Positions 50,464 to 64,000 of a stretch of DNA of 64,000 nt are shown one piece after another (the first letter of the stretch is position 1; each line of letters begins with the position of its first letter). The position numbers were made by a program, and so were the translations under genes. The notes beneath the pieces are model-generated. The model worked only from the letters and a program-made list of their open reading frames with translations, did no database searches and was not told the DNA's origin. The DNA is from the human T2T-CHM13v2.0 reference genome, Homo sapiens: assembly GCF_009914755.1 (NCBI RefSeq), contig NC_060936.1; one strand, given 5' to 3'.

Positions 50464-50677
50464 GCCTTCCACGGAGGTTCCCGGTGCTCTGCATTACACC
50501 CCACAGGTGGCTCTTGCCTGGCTTTGGGGGGCTCAGGGCAGCAGCCAGCTGGAGACTTCAAGTACAGGCACTTAAGGCACGGTGGGACCAGAGAAAAGAA
50601 AGTTGGCTGGAGAAGTTTTGTTTATTTGTTTGTTTTCATTTTTTGAAGGCTGGAAGTGCATTTGCTAAAGAACCTCA

Positions 50678-50815
50678 CTTCTACCGATCTCATTTTCCAC
50701 GCACTTACAAACGGACCAGAGGTTGCAAAAGTGAGTCTCTCCTCGCTTCTACCGATCTCATTTTCCACGCACTTACAAACGGACCAGTGGTTGCAAAAGT
50801 GAGTCTCTCCTCGCT
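50678..50815. repeat. Tandem duplication, period 68 bp, one mismatch
   Basis: CTTCTACCGATCTCATTTTCCACGCACTTACAAACGGACCAG(A/T)GGTTGCAAAAGTGAGTCTCTCCTCG x2. Confidence 0.95.
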
Positions 50816-51565
50816 GAACTGCTCTGTTGTTTCCAGTTTCTGAGGGGCCATCTCGGGCAAGGCTTGGATGGGGCAGGGCCTTCTCTAGGTCTTGGGACCG
50901 CCCCTCATTGCAGGAGACAAAACTTCCCACATCCCACATCCAGGCTTCTCTGATGTCCCCTCCCCCGCACCCAACCCGCACCCATCTTCCCTGTTTCAAC
51001 CCTCCAACTCCCCTCTCCCCAGCATCTCCAGGGGTCTGCGTTCTCCTTCCCAGCCCTGGGAGCTTTATTTCAAGCTGAGATACAATGACACATCATGTTC
51101 CTTTTCTCTTTCCTTCTTCTTTTTAATAAAGCTGTTTTGTGTCTCCACACCACCCCCCTTCTGCATTCCTTGCATCTTAGTCTTCCCGTCCCCCTCCTGT
51201 AGGAAATGTCTAGGATTCTCTCACTGGGGTGTAATGGTTAAATTGCTACCAGCTGATTAAACAGCAGCAGTCGAAGCTGTAATCCTCAGCGTTCAGGAAC
51301 CTGGGAAGGCAGGGACGAGTGCCCTGACCGCTTAGCCCCTGCTGACCCCCCTGCCAGGCGCCCGCCCAGTTTCACCCCTTTCATTTGTCCCGGGTTGCTT
51401 AATAGAATCTGCTGGGAAGGGGCGAGGGGCTGAGAAGGAAGAGGAAGGAGGAGGGAAGAGGGAACAGGCAAGAGGGGAGGAGGAGAGGGTCCCTCCACCA
51501 GCTCTGGTTCAACCTCCAAGGAATGTTGCTCCCACCCCTGTCCCTTTCCTGCCCCCCTGTAAAAC

Positions 51566-51822
51566 CACACACACACACACACACTCTCACACATGCACAT
51601 ACTCACATTAGCGTACACACTCACATGTTCACACACTTACAGATACTTGCATATACTCACAGCCACACACACACACCCACATGCTCCCTTGTTCATACAC
51701 ACAGCCACGCACACACTTTCTCAAACTCATACATACAGACACACATACACACTCATGCTCACACACAGTCACATATGCATAAACGCATGATCACACACAC
51801 ACAGCCACACACATTCACACAC
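51566..51822. repeat. CA-rich degenerate microsatellite
   Basis: Direct reading. Confidence 0.9.
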
Positions 51823-52688
51823 TTTGATACCCCCCAGAGCCAGTCTCTTTCTCATTCTCTGCAGAATGAAGACCACATGAAGGAGAAATCCCACCTGCCC
51901 TGCTGCTCCTCCTGGGAAAGCTTCCTCCCCGCACCTGCCCCCCATATAGGGAAGGGTCAGAAAGATGGGAACTGTGAGATCAGAGACCGGTCTGGGAAGC
52001 GGGAAAGTGCAGGCTTTGGGTGCAGGCAGCCAGCTGCAGGATCCTGGAGTCAGGACTTCCTTTCTTCCTGCCTCTCTGAGGATCGAGTGGGAAAAACACC
52101 CAGCCCAGTCAGGCAGGCACAAAACATGTGTTACCTCGATGATCTGTGCTGGGTGCTGGGGTGCAGTGCAGCTGGCATAGCCTTCTGCACCCTTGAAAGC
52201 AACGTGTCCCTTGGGCTCCTTGATGGACACTTCCCACCCTTGGCTCTTCACCTGCAAACTGACCTGTGACCATCATATGAGACCCTGGGTGTGCAAAGGT
52301 GTGGCCACAACTTAGCACATGCCAGGGTCCCACGACGATGGTTTTCCTGTATGATTAACGTTGCTGTCGATTCAGGCTCTGGACTAAGAATAGCAGGGGG
52401 CAGCCAGCCTCCTTGGGAAAGTTTATTTCCGTGGAAAGTATAGTTCAGATGAGTGAGGATCTGGCCTCGATTCATCCTCCCTCCCTCACACTTAGTCAGA
52501 AACCAGGGAAGGGCCTACTGGATGGAGGGGGAATTGGCTCACAAGCACTGGAAGTTTGCCACTGCTCCAAGTACGCTGCTCTCTGAAGCAACCTTTCTCT
52601 TTCCCCTGGGAGAAAAAAGCCTCCAAGCAGGGTGTAGGAGAGGGCAGAGGGAATGGCTGCCGAGGGCCCTAGGCCAGCCTTATTTCTG

Positions 52689-53422
<734 letters not shown>

Positions 53423-53444
53423 CTTTGCAAAGCATGTGTCAATG

Positions 53445-53580
53445 ATCCCATTTTACAGATAGGAAAACCAAGGCACAGCGAGGGAAAATTTGCCTAAAAA
53501 TCACACAGTTGGTTGGAAGTGAAGCCAGGATTCCAGCCCAGGTCTGTGTGATTCCAGCACCTGGACCCTGGACCACCGAG
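53445..53580 (-). mobile_element. MIR
   Basis: CCCATTTTACAGATAGGAAAACCAAGGCACAG. Confidence 0.7.
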
Positions 53581-53964
53581 TTCACAGAGAAGGGACATTT
53601 CTGCAGGGGAGAGCTGTGGTCAAAGAGAGGAATAAAGGCAAGTGTTGGCTTCCTCAGAAAGCGGCAAACAGACCGGCAAGGAAGCTGTGGCAAGGGGTCT
53701 GGGAGATGGGACCCACTGTCTCAGACATCTTCCCCTAGGCTTAGAGTCCACATCAGGGAAGGGTTGCTGAGAATTCCACTGGAGTGTCTCCCAACCCCTC
53801 CCCCACCCCTCAATCTGGAGAGCCAGGTGGTTATGAGACAAAGAAGCAAAGGACCTCTGGTCACAGCTGACCAGAACATTCTTCCTGTCTGGGAGCTGCC
53901 CTGATCTTGCAGTGGGCAGTGAGCTACTACACCTGCCCTCTGGGAGGCTGAGTATTTACCTAGA

Positions 53965-54120
53965 GGCACTGCTGGGGCTGCCGGCCTGGGAGCAAAATTT
54001 AAGGAGGCACTTGTTCTCAGGGCCATGCATGATGTTCAGGGTCGTGACTTGCGTGAACCTGAGAATGAGCGCCTCCTTAAAAATTGCACCTGGTTTGCCT
54101 GGCCCTATTCCTGGCCCCAC
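53965..54120. mobile_element. MER96 MITE (short palindrome)
   Basis: GCAAAATTTAAGGAGGCACTTGTTCTCAGG ... CCTGAGAATGAGCGCCTCCTTAAAAATTGC. Confidence 0.8.
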
Positions 54121-54174
54121 CCCAGGGGTAATTTATCAGAGGAACAGAGGGTATTTGGGGTCCATTGGCAGCTG

Positions 54175-54392
54175 GTAGGTGCAGAGTCACACAGACCTGG
54201 GCTTGAATACTGACTTCAGTCACTTAATAGCTGGGTGACCATGTATGGGTCTATTCTTTTACTTGAGCTCAGTTTTCTCATCTATAAAATGGGGATTATA
54301 GAATAAAACTGACCTCATAGGTGGTTGTGGGATTAAATGAAGAGTGTCCACATAAAGTACCCGGCACTCAGTAATGTTAGCTTATTATTATC
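54175..54392 (+). mobile_element. MIR
   Basis: CTCAGTTTTCTCATCTATAAAATGGGGAT..GGATTAAATGA..AATGTTAGC. Confidence 0.8.
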
Positions 54393-54531
54393 TTTTTTTT
54401 TTTTTTGGCAGCTTAGAAAGAGGAAGTTCGTGGGTTGCAAAGTGAGTAATGGCTGCATCTGGGAGCTGATCAAAGGTGGCCAGCCAAGTTGAGTAGCCAG
54501 TTCGGTGTATGAGACTTAACAACACTGGTAA

Positions 54532-54838
<307 letters not shown>

Positions 54839-55353
54839 AACACTGGAAATTTCTTGTTTAAGAAAATTCCAAGCTCATACTGGGAGGGCGAGGCCAGGAC
54901 ATGAGGCTGCAGTGGACATCCATAGCTGCAGGGAGCCTCACTCGCTAGGCTCTTCCACATGTGTGAAGCCATCACATTCCTCTAGGCACCGCCCAGGACA
55001 TCTCCTGCTGGAGGAGCGTTAGAGAGTGTCCCGGCTCCCCCTAGATCCACCTCTGACCATCTGATCTGGTTACTTCCTAACGTCCTGTTTGTTTTCCTCT
55101 AAACCAGAGAGAACGTTGAGCTGGGTCATTGGCGATAAGGGCAGGTTGGGTTGAGCAACCGAATCTGTTCCTTATCCAAGCAACAGATCTTTTCTAAAGT
55201 TCAGCTCTGGTCGGATCCACTGCCCACGAAGCGGTTCATACAGCCACCACCATCAGTTCATGATTCTCCACGCCAACAACAGCATGTGCTTCACTAGCCT
55301 CCACAAATGCTGACAGGTGAAGGCAGACTGTTCCTTGGAGCAGTTGACCTGGG

Positions 55354-55980
<627 letters not shown>

Positions 55981-56287
55981 TGACCTGCTTTGACTTTTTA
56001 AGCCCATTGATTTGCTCTCCTGTCCCTTGTTCCCACCCTAGAGAGAGAGGCATGCATCCAATGTTCCTATTTCCGGACTTTTTTTTTTTTTTTTAAGGGC
56101 TGGGCTGCCATCTGCCCAAGTCAACACCCACCTAATTTTCCGGCGTAAACTGCAGCCCTCGTTTGCTTCCTCGAGCTTGGCCTGAACCCAGCACCTTAAT
56201 CTGTACCTTGGCCAGGCTCCCAATGCAGATGCAATGTGTACGCTTCCCCATTAGCACAATTATCACATCACTAATGAGGGCTGCCAC

Positions 56288-56500
56288 CATTTATTGAGCT
56301 GTTACTATATGCCAGGCTCTGTGCTAAAAGTTTTCCCCAGATCATCTCATTTAGAACTGGCATTAACCCGACGAGCAGATGATTATTTTATGAATGAGCA
56401 CACTGAAGCAGAGAAATGGGAGTGCTTGACCAAGGTCACCCGTTTGGGGAAGCAGGGCGAGTACAGGTCAGTTCCACTGCACACTGCAGGCCCTGAACCT
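56288..56500 (-). mobile_element. MIR
   Basis: CATTTATTGAGC..TACTATATGCCAGGC..TTGACCAAGGTCAC. Confidence 0.7.
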
Positions 56501-56641
56501 CCCAATCAACTATACTGTTCTTTAGTTACCTGCAAATTCATCCCCTCTACCGCTAAACCTGGCTCCCTATGTCTCCTAGGGTATTGGATTTTTGAGAACA
56601 GGAAGGCACAACTATTATTTTAAAGAAATTATATGAACTGG

Positions 56642-57560
<919 letters not shown>

Positions 57561-58078
57561 ATCACAACATTTGTGGTAGGTATTATAAGCCCTTTTAACA
57601 CAGAAGCGACTGAGGCTTAGGAATGCTAAGTGATTTGGCCGAGATCAATGGCTAGGCAGTGGTGGAGCCAGAATTCGATTCCAGGTCATGTCATCTCTAC
57701 TGCGTGGATATACCTTCGCGATTGCTGAAGAAGGAAAAATAAAACAGAAGCTCACTCCTTTCCAACCTACTCCCACCCCAGATGCTGCCTTGTGTCTGAT
57801 TAGTAGAAGCAGAAGGTTGTCGGAGTTGGTTCCAATAGAAGAGTAGTAAGTCCTTGGCCTGGAAAGGAGGGAGTGAGACAAGAAGATGACAAGTTAAAGT
57901 TTTAAACAGACTGAAATCTCATTCCACTCACTTGAGCATTCAAGAGCTAGTGCTAAGTTGGCCAATTAAGAGTAATTTCATCTCTAGCGCCTCTTCGAGA
58001 GTTATTTAAATAAGACTTTAGAATTAATCTTTCATTTATCCCAAGAATGAAACGCCATTCCTACCCTCCACCCTCCCG

Positions 58079-58079
<1 letters not shown>

Positions 58080-58113
<34 letters not shown>
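58080..58113. repeat. (CA)n microsatellite
   Basis: Direct reading. Confidence 0.95.
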
Positions 58114-58115
<2 letters not shown>

Positions 58116-58678
58116 TGGAGCCACTCTTTTCAAAAGGATGAAGTGTGGTGTTAAATTAACCTTATTCATCCCACACCTGAGCTGCGGTTCTTCCTGAACT
58201 GTGTGGACCTAGCGTTAAGTTGTTGCTTCTTTCAGCTCCACGAGTATTTTTAAGTAGATTCAAAGTCCCTCTTGTGAATGAATCATGAACTCAGCAAACG
58301 TCAGAAGAGCCTAAAACTCATCAATTGGTAAATATCATTTGTGCAGTGTTTAAGAGGGCAGATAACTTGCCTCCTCATACAACCCTCATGCAGATGAGAA
58401 GTAGGTAATTAAGTCCATCTTAGCCATCTCCTCCCAACTCCTTTATTCTTCCTCGTGAGGATCTGCAGTCTCAGTCTTTGATCTTTCTTTGCTCTGTCCT
58501 GAAGTTTCCCCGGCCATGGAAGGAGTCTTGAGCAGAGTGTGAGAATGGCCAGGTGGCGGAAGTGTCTGAGAAGATCCTGCATCGATCCAGAAGCAGTGGG
58601 ATAAGGAAGGAGCACTGGATGGAAGTCAGGTGTCCTGGGGCCCAGCGCTGGCCCTGCCACACATGGTGTGAGCGCTGA

Positions 58679-58895
58679 ACCCCTGTCCACCTAGCAAAGG
58701 TCACATGATGTCCTGGACCCCTGTCCTGTCCTGGACCCCTGTCCTGTCCTGGACCCCTGTCCTGTCCTGGACCCATGTCCTGTCCTGGACCCATGTCCTG
58801 TCCTGGACCCCCTGTCCACCCAGCAAAGGTCACATGATGTCCTGGACACCTGTCCTGTCCTGGACCCCTGTCCACCCAGCAAAGGTTACATGATG
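58679..58895. repeat. Two-level minisatellite: 18-mer TGTCCTGGACCCCTGTCC (6+2 copies) punctuated by 3 copies of ACCYAGCAAAGGTYACATGA
   Basis: Direct reading. Confidence 0.93.
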
Positions 58896-58996
58896 CTGTC
58901 TGTAAGCTTCTTTTTATGGTTCTGATATCCAAAGCCACTTAATAGCGTGGAACTTCCACTTCTCCAGTTTAAAAGGTTAAATATGTATATCAGGCT

Positions 58997-59146
<150 letters not shown>

Positions 59147-59489
59147 CTGTATATGTATATAAGGGCCTACATTTTTGGTTAGGGAGAGAAAGAGAATGAA
59201 TAAGAAGCTGGTTCTTGTATCTTGAGTCATTACAAACTCCTCTCTCTCCCCCTGCCTGAGGCGTCCTCCTTCTTCATTCTCTATTCAGTTTGCAAGGCTG
59301 TTATTCCTGCCAAATGAGTCATTGATGTGGGAAAGTTAATTTATTTTGGCAGACATCACCATTGCTCCGAGAAATAGAGACTATGCACCCACTGTCGCAG
59401 AAGACACAAATTATCGTGGTGATTCATTCATTCCTCCCTGCATTCATTCATTCCCAGAATACGTGATTGTTTCTGGAACATACACAAAT

Positions 59490-60070
59490 GGGCAACCCTA
59501 CCTGTTGTTTTCTGTCTCAGAGAGTAGATGTGAGAATTAAATGAGGTAATATGTAAAAGTGCTTATATAATAATAATAATAACTAATCCTGATTGAGCAC
59601 GTATTACGTGTCAAGCTGCGTGGTAAGCCTTTTACCTGCTTTATTTATTGTCTTTGATCCTAACACTGCTCTGCAGGGCAGGGATAATGAGTACTTTATT
59701 TCAGAGATTCAGAGATTGAAGCTAGGGCAGGTCAAGGTGACCTGGCCACAAGTCATTAAACAGTGCACAAGTGGCAGAGGGAAGCCAGCCCTGAGTCTGG
59801 ACTTGAAAATATTGCATCATGACCCATATTTATAAGGTATTGATCACAAGGCAGGCATTGGACTTAGAACTTGCTTCTTCTCTCCCATCTTACTCACTTG
59901 TCACACAAAACACCTGTGACGTGAGTGCTGTGATTAGCATCTCTATTTTCCAGCTGAGCAAACTGAGATTTGGAGAAGGGAGACAAGTTGCCCAAGGAGT
60001 CTCAATTACTGCAGAGCAGAGCTGGGTGCAGGGACAGGAGTCTGGGCTCAGAGGACACTCTGTCTTCACT
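59490..60070. mobile_element. Cluster of MIR fragments, both orientations
   Basis: TGTGAGAATTAAATGAG (+); TTGAGCAC.TATTACGTG and AAACTGAGA..TTGCCCAAGG (-). Confidence 0.6.
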
Positions 60071-60229
60071 GTGAGCAGAGAGAGCAGAGAGCTGGCACTT
60101 GGGATGTGGGTGTGCCATTTTTGTTAGCCACACTTACCATGAGCACCATGGTCACTCTCTCCAGGGTGCACACATGGTCCCAGGCAATAGATCCTGTGAC
60201 AGAGACAATGCTGTGGGTTCACCAAATCT

Positions 60230-60590
60230 TATATTCAGGCTCTGAGACACACAAAGGGGCCCCGGCAATTGCTGAGCGCTGACTAATGGAATGTGGGAGT
60301 AAGTGATGAAGGTCACTTCCAGGTTGAGCCTTAAAAAAAACAAAATCCTGTGATCCTATATCTGCTGGCCAGACACAGCAGAGAGTCCCTTGGAAGATCC
60401 TGAGATCTTGAAGGACAATGAAACTATCAAATGGAGGATGCCTGGATCCCTGAGTGACTGCATGGAGCAAAGCTCTTTCCAACCTCCCAATTGAGCTGTA
60501 TTGGACTGTGGTTTGGACCTCAACCTTTACTGGGGTACTCACTGAGATGGGGTTGTTTTTACAGCAGTTAGCTACCTTTACTCATACAGA
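60230..60590 (+). mobile_element. MLT1 LTR (F/G/H-like)
   Basis: GACTAATGGAATGTGGGAGTAAGTGATG..GCCTGGATCCCTGAGTGACTGCATGGAGCA. Confidence 0.65.
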
Positions 60591-60769
60591 TGTTTTAAGA
60601 AGTGTATTGGTGCAATCCTAGCTCACTGCTGACTTGAACTCCCGGGCTCAAGTAATCCTCCCACCTTAGCCTCCTGAGTAGCTGGGACTACAGGTGGCAG
60701 CTATAAGAAGTGGTTTTTTTTTTTACATAATCATATTTTGGTCTCGAGTTGCCTTGGGAAAGGGCTTGC

Positions 60770-60875
60770 CTCCACCAGAACTCAAGCTTCATGAAGGTCT
60801 ATTCCCTTGCTTTGGGTGCAGGGCCTGGCACACCATAGGTCCTCAGTAAATATTTGTGGAAGTGACTGAATGAAC
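60770..60875 (+). mobile_element. L2 3' end
   Basis: GGGCCTGGCAC..CATAGGT.CCTCAGTAAATATTTGT..GACTGAATGAA. Confidence 0.65.
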
Positions 60876-61819
60876 CTCTCATCTCAGAGGTCCTTTGCCC
60901 ACAAGGACACTTCCTGGATGATGATGGGAAGAAGGTCTTATTCACGTGACTCAGTCCTTCATCCTCTCCCAACTCACTCCAGCTCGCTTTGCATATCTCC
61001 AGTATGGTTCTGGGGGGACAACCCTAGCAGTAACATCAGGAACCTGCCTGTCAAACAGATGCCACTCTACAAATATCACGCTGACTTCACATCATCCCAA
61101 TTGGCTGTAAAATCTGGGAAAAGCCAGGCAGAGTGGGCTCCGAGCTGCTCACACCACATTTAGATGTTTACAGAAAACCAATGCACAAGGATTTGCTCGA
61201 AAGCTAAATTTCCTCTTAGCCAAAGCCCAGAAATACCTTTTAAACCCTGAGCAAATAAGCCAGAGGAGAAGGCATTTTCCCTTTGACTGAGCCTTCAGAG
61301 CCTGGAGATCTTCAACTTTTCAAAGAATCAAGCTTGCTGCAAAAGACAGACTTCATGGGGATGGGACTCCCTCGCTGGCCACAACAGAGAGACTTTGCAG
61401 ATTTGCCCTTTCGCCCCAGACCAGATGGCAAAAACAGCCACAAGCCCCAGGCCTGACTTCAGACTGCAAATAGAAACAGCCCCGGAATGCACGTCTAGGT
61501 CCACTCAGAGAGAGAACGCTGGCTCAAAATAAAATAAAAATGAGCAATTGTTTTAGAAAACTAACCAAACAAACAAAACCCTCTCCTGGTGGAGTGCTGA
61601 GCTGAGCGTGATGTACTCTGAATACAAATTTGCTATAACCAGCACTGACATTGACAATACTGGCTGTCATTTATTGAGCACTTACTATGTGCCAAGCGAT
61701 GGCTTTACACAGGAACCCCATGGAATCCTTAAACAACAACCTTGTGAGACTGGCATTTTATTATTTCTCTTTTATAGATTCAGAAATGGAGGTGAAGAGA
61801 GGGTAAGAAACAAATTCAG

Positions 61820-62285
<466 letters not shown>

Positions 62286-62374
62286 AATTGTTTAAAAAAG
62301 TAACCAGTTCAGTTTCACACAGTTAGCAAGTGGCTGAGTCTAGATTCTAACCCAGCATGTCTGGGATTAAGCAG

Positions 62375-62520
62375 GTCTCAGTTCAAAACCCAGCTCATCT
62401 GGCTGTATGACCTTGGGCAAGTTATTTAGCTTCTCTGAGCATCAGTTTCCTCATCTGAAGACAAGAATAGTAACAGTAACTATTTTGTGAAGACGATATA
62501 TGCAAAAGTACTGAGAATGT
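62375..62520 (+). mobile_element. MIR
   Basis: TGACCTTGGGCAAGTTATTTA..CAGTTTCCTCATCTG. Confidence 0.8.
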
Positions 62521-62783
62521 TCTTTTTCTCTCATTGCATTTGTGCATTGTTTTATGTATAATGCATTATTCATACTGCTGGCAGGTGGAAGCAGAACCCT
62601 GCTGCCCGTGTCTGGGTGGGCGAGAGACTGGGGAAACACGGCCAGGAAGCAGCCCGGCAGATGGGGGCTGAGTGCACTGGCAGGGGCAGGAGGAGGTAAG
62701 TAAGCAACCGGAGAAGAGCTAAGGGGTCCTCGTGGGATTAGCCATGAGATTCCTAAATCCATAAGCAAAAATTGTGAAAATGG

Positions 62784-63087
62784 GGCCAGGGGCGGTGGCT
62801 CATGCCTGTAATCCCAGCACTTTGGGAGGCTGAGGCAGGCAGATCACTCGAGCTCAGGAGTTTGAGACCGGACTGGCCAACATGGTGACACCCCATCTCT
62901 ACTAAAAATACAAAAATTAGCTGGGTGTGGTGGTGCATGCCTGCAATCCCAGCTACTCAGGAGGCTGAGGCACAAGAATTGCTTGATCCCTGGAGATGGA
63001 GGTTGCAGTAAGCCGAGGTCGTGCCACTGCACAACAGCCTGAGCGACACAGCAAGACTGTCTCAAAAAAAAAAAAAAAAAAAAAAAA
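62784..63087 (+). mobile_element. AluS
   Basis: TSD GTGAAAATGG. Confidence 0.93.
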
Positions 63088-63276
63088 GTGAAAATGGTCC
63101 CCTGATGTGGCCTCCACTAGATACAGCCACCAAGGGCACCCCTGCTTTCTCCTTGCAGCGGGGAAAATGATTCTGTTGAGCAAGAAGAAAGTTGTGGGGC
63201 TGTGGACTTCCGGGATGGTCAGGCAGTGCCTGGCAGAAGGAAGGAGTGAGGTGAATAGGAAAAAACAGAAAGGCGG

Positions 63277-63880
63277 TGTGCTTGTTTCCTGTGGCTGCTG
63301 TAACAAATTGTCACAAGCTTGGAGATTAAAACAACAGAAATTTTTTCTCTCACGATTCTGGAGGCCAGAAATCTGAGATCAAGGTGTTGGCAGGGCCACA
63401 CTGCCTCTGGAGGCTCTGGGAGAGAAGCTTTCCTTCTCTTTCAGCTCCTGGTGGCTGCGGGCATTCTTTGGCTTGTGACCGCCTCCCTCCCATCTCTGCT
63501 TCTGTCTTCACATGGCCTTTTGTAATTGTCTTCTCTCTTCGTCTTCTCTTGGAAGGATATTTGTTGAGCCAGGCACAGTGGCCCATGCCCTGTAATCCCA
63601 GCTACTGCAGAGGCTGAGTTGGGAGGAGCACTTGAGGCTAGGAGTTTGAGACGAGCCTGGGCAATACAGTAAGACCCCATCTGAAAGGTCAAAAAGAAAA
63701 GAAGACAACGAAAAATAAGAAAGAGCGAGCGAGAAGGAAAGATCTCATTTAGCACCCTCAAAAGCACAAAAAAAAAAAAAAAAGGAAAGAGACACTTGTC
63801 ATTGAATTTAGGACCCTCCCTAATCCAAGATAATCTCACCTTGAGATCATTCATTTAATTATGATTTCAAGGTCATATTG
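63277..63880 (-). mobile_element. MLT1B/C LTR interrupted by a + strand FLAM (63567-63690)
   Basis: GTTTCCTGTGGCTGCTGTAACAAATT..TTCTGGAGGCCAGAA..CAAGGTGTTGGCAGGGCC; resumes GTCATTGAATTTAGG..CCTAATCCA. Confidence 0.85.
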
Positions 63881-63901
63881 GAAAAAAGTGCTTCCAAAGG
63901 C

Positions 63902-64000
63902 TTTTTTTTTTTTTTTTGAGATGGAGTCTCGCTCTGTCCCTGAGGCACTGCCACTGCAGTGGCGTGACCTTGGCTCACGGCTCACGGCAACCTCCACCTC
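63902..64000 (-). mobile_element. Alu (cut by window edge)
   Basis: Poly-T then GAGATGGAGTCTCGCTCTG. Confidence 0.85.

Noticed and set aside
51523-52269. 248-aa ORF
   Set aside because: First third is a CA-rich repeat; the rest has no recognisable homology.
58679-58895. CRISPR-like repeat/spacer appearance
   Set aside because: The apparent spacers are repeated rather than unique, the context is primate DNA, and no cas genes are present.
60139-60157. RE1/REST-like TGAGCACCATGGTCACT
   Set aside because: Four mismatches to the core consensus, including in the GGACAG half-site.

Overview
This is primate, most likely human, non-coding genomic DNA. It holds about 60 Alu elements or fragments (J, S and Y lineages, FLAM/FRAM), many MIR, L2 and L1M relics, about ten ERVL/MaLR solo LTRs (MLT1, MLT2, MST, LTR16) and several hAT MITEs (MER96, MER81, MER58, MER63, MER102, MER33/Charlie1, ORSL). 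I found no supportable protein-coding gene, structural RNA gene, CpG island or CRISPR array. The long ORFs in the track are mostly Alu- or microsatellite-derived, and none of the rest resembles a known protein. I cannot name the locus, so no gene symbols are given. Repeat family names come from recalled consensus sequences, and boundaries are approximate unless target-site duplications (TSDs) are quoted. The most unusual sequence is a 1.23-kb complex (TG)-rich array at 44086-45317. Its recurring unit GTGAGTATGCATG fuses a U1-complementary 5'-splice-site octamer (about 33 copies) with the RBFOX motif UGCAUG (about 44 copies) inside TDP-43-type UG repeats, making it a candidate splicing-factor decoy array if transcribed. 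Other leads lie in the repeat-free islands: a CCAAT+CRE promoter/enhancer (~28.3 kb), a triple AP-1 cluster (~45.9 kb), a homotypic AGTTAATT cluster (~40.1-40.5 kb), a POU palindrome (~22.5 kb), a VNTR carrying NBRE/M-box composites (~58.7 kb) and several candidate cryptic exons. All functional interpretations are hypotheses; no novel system is proven by sequence alone.
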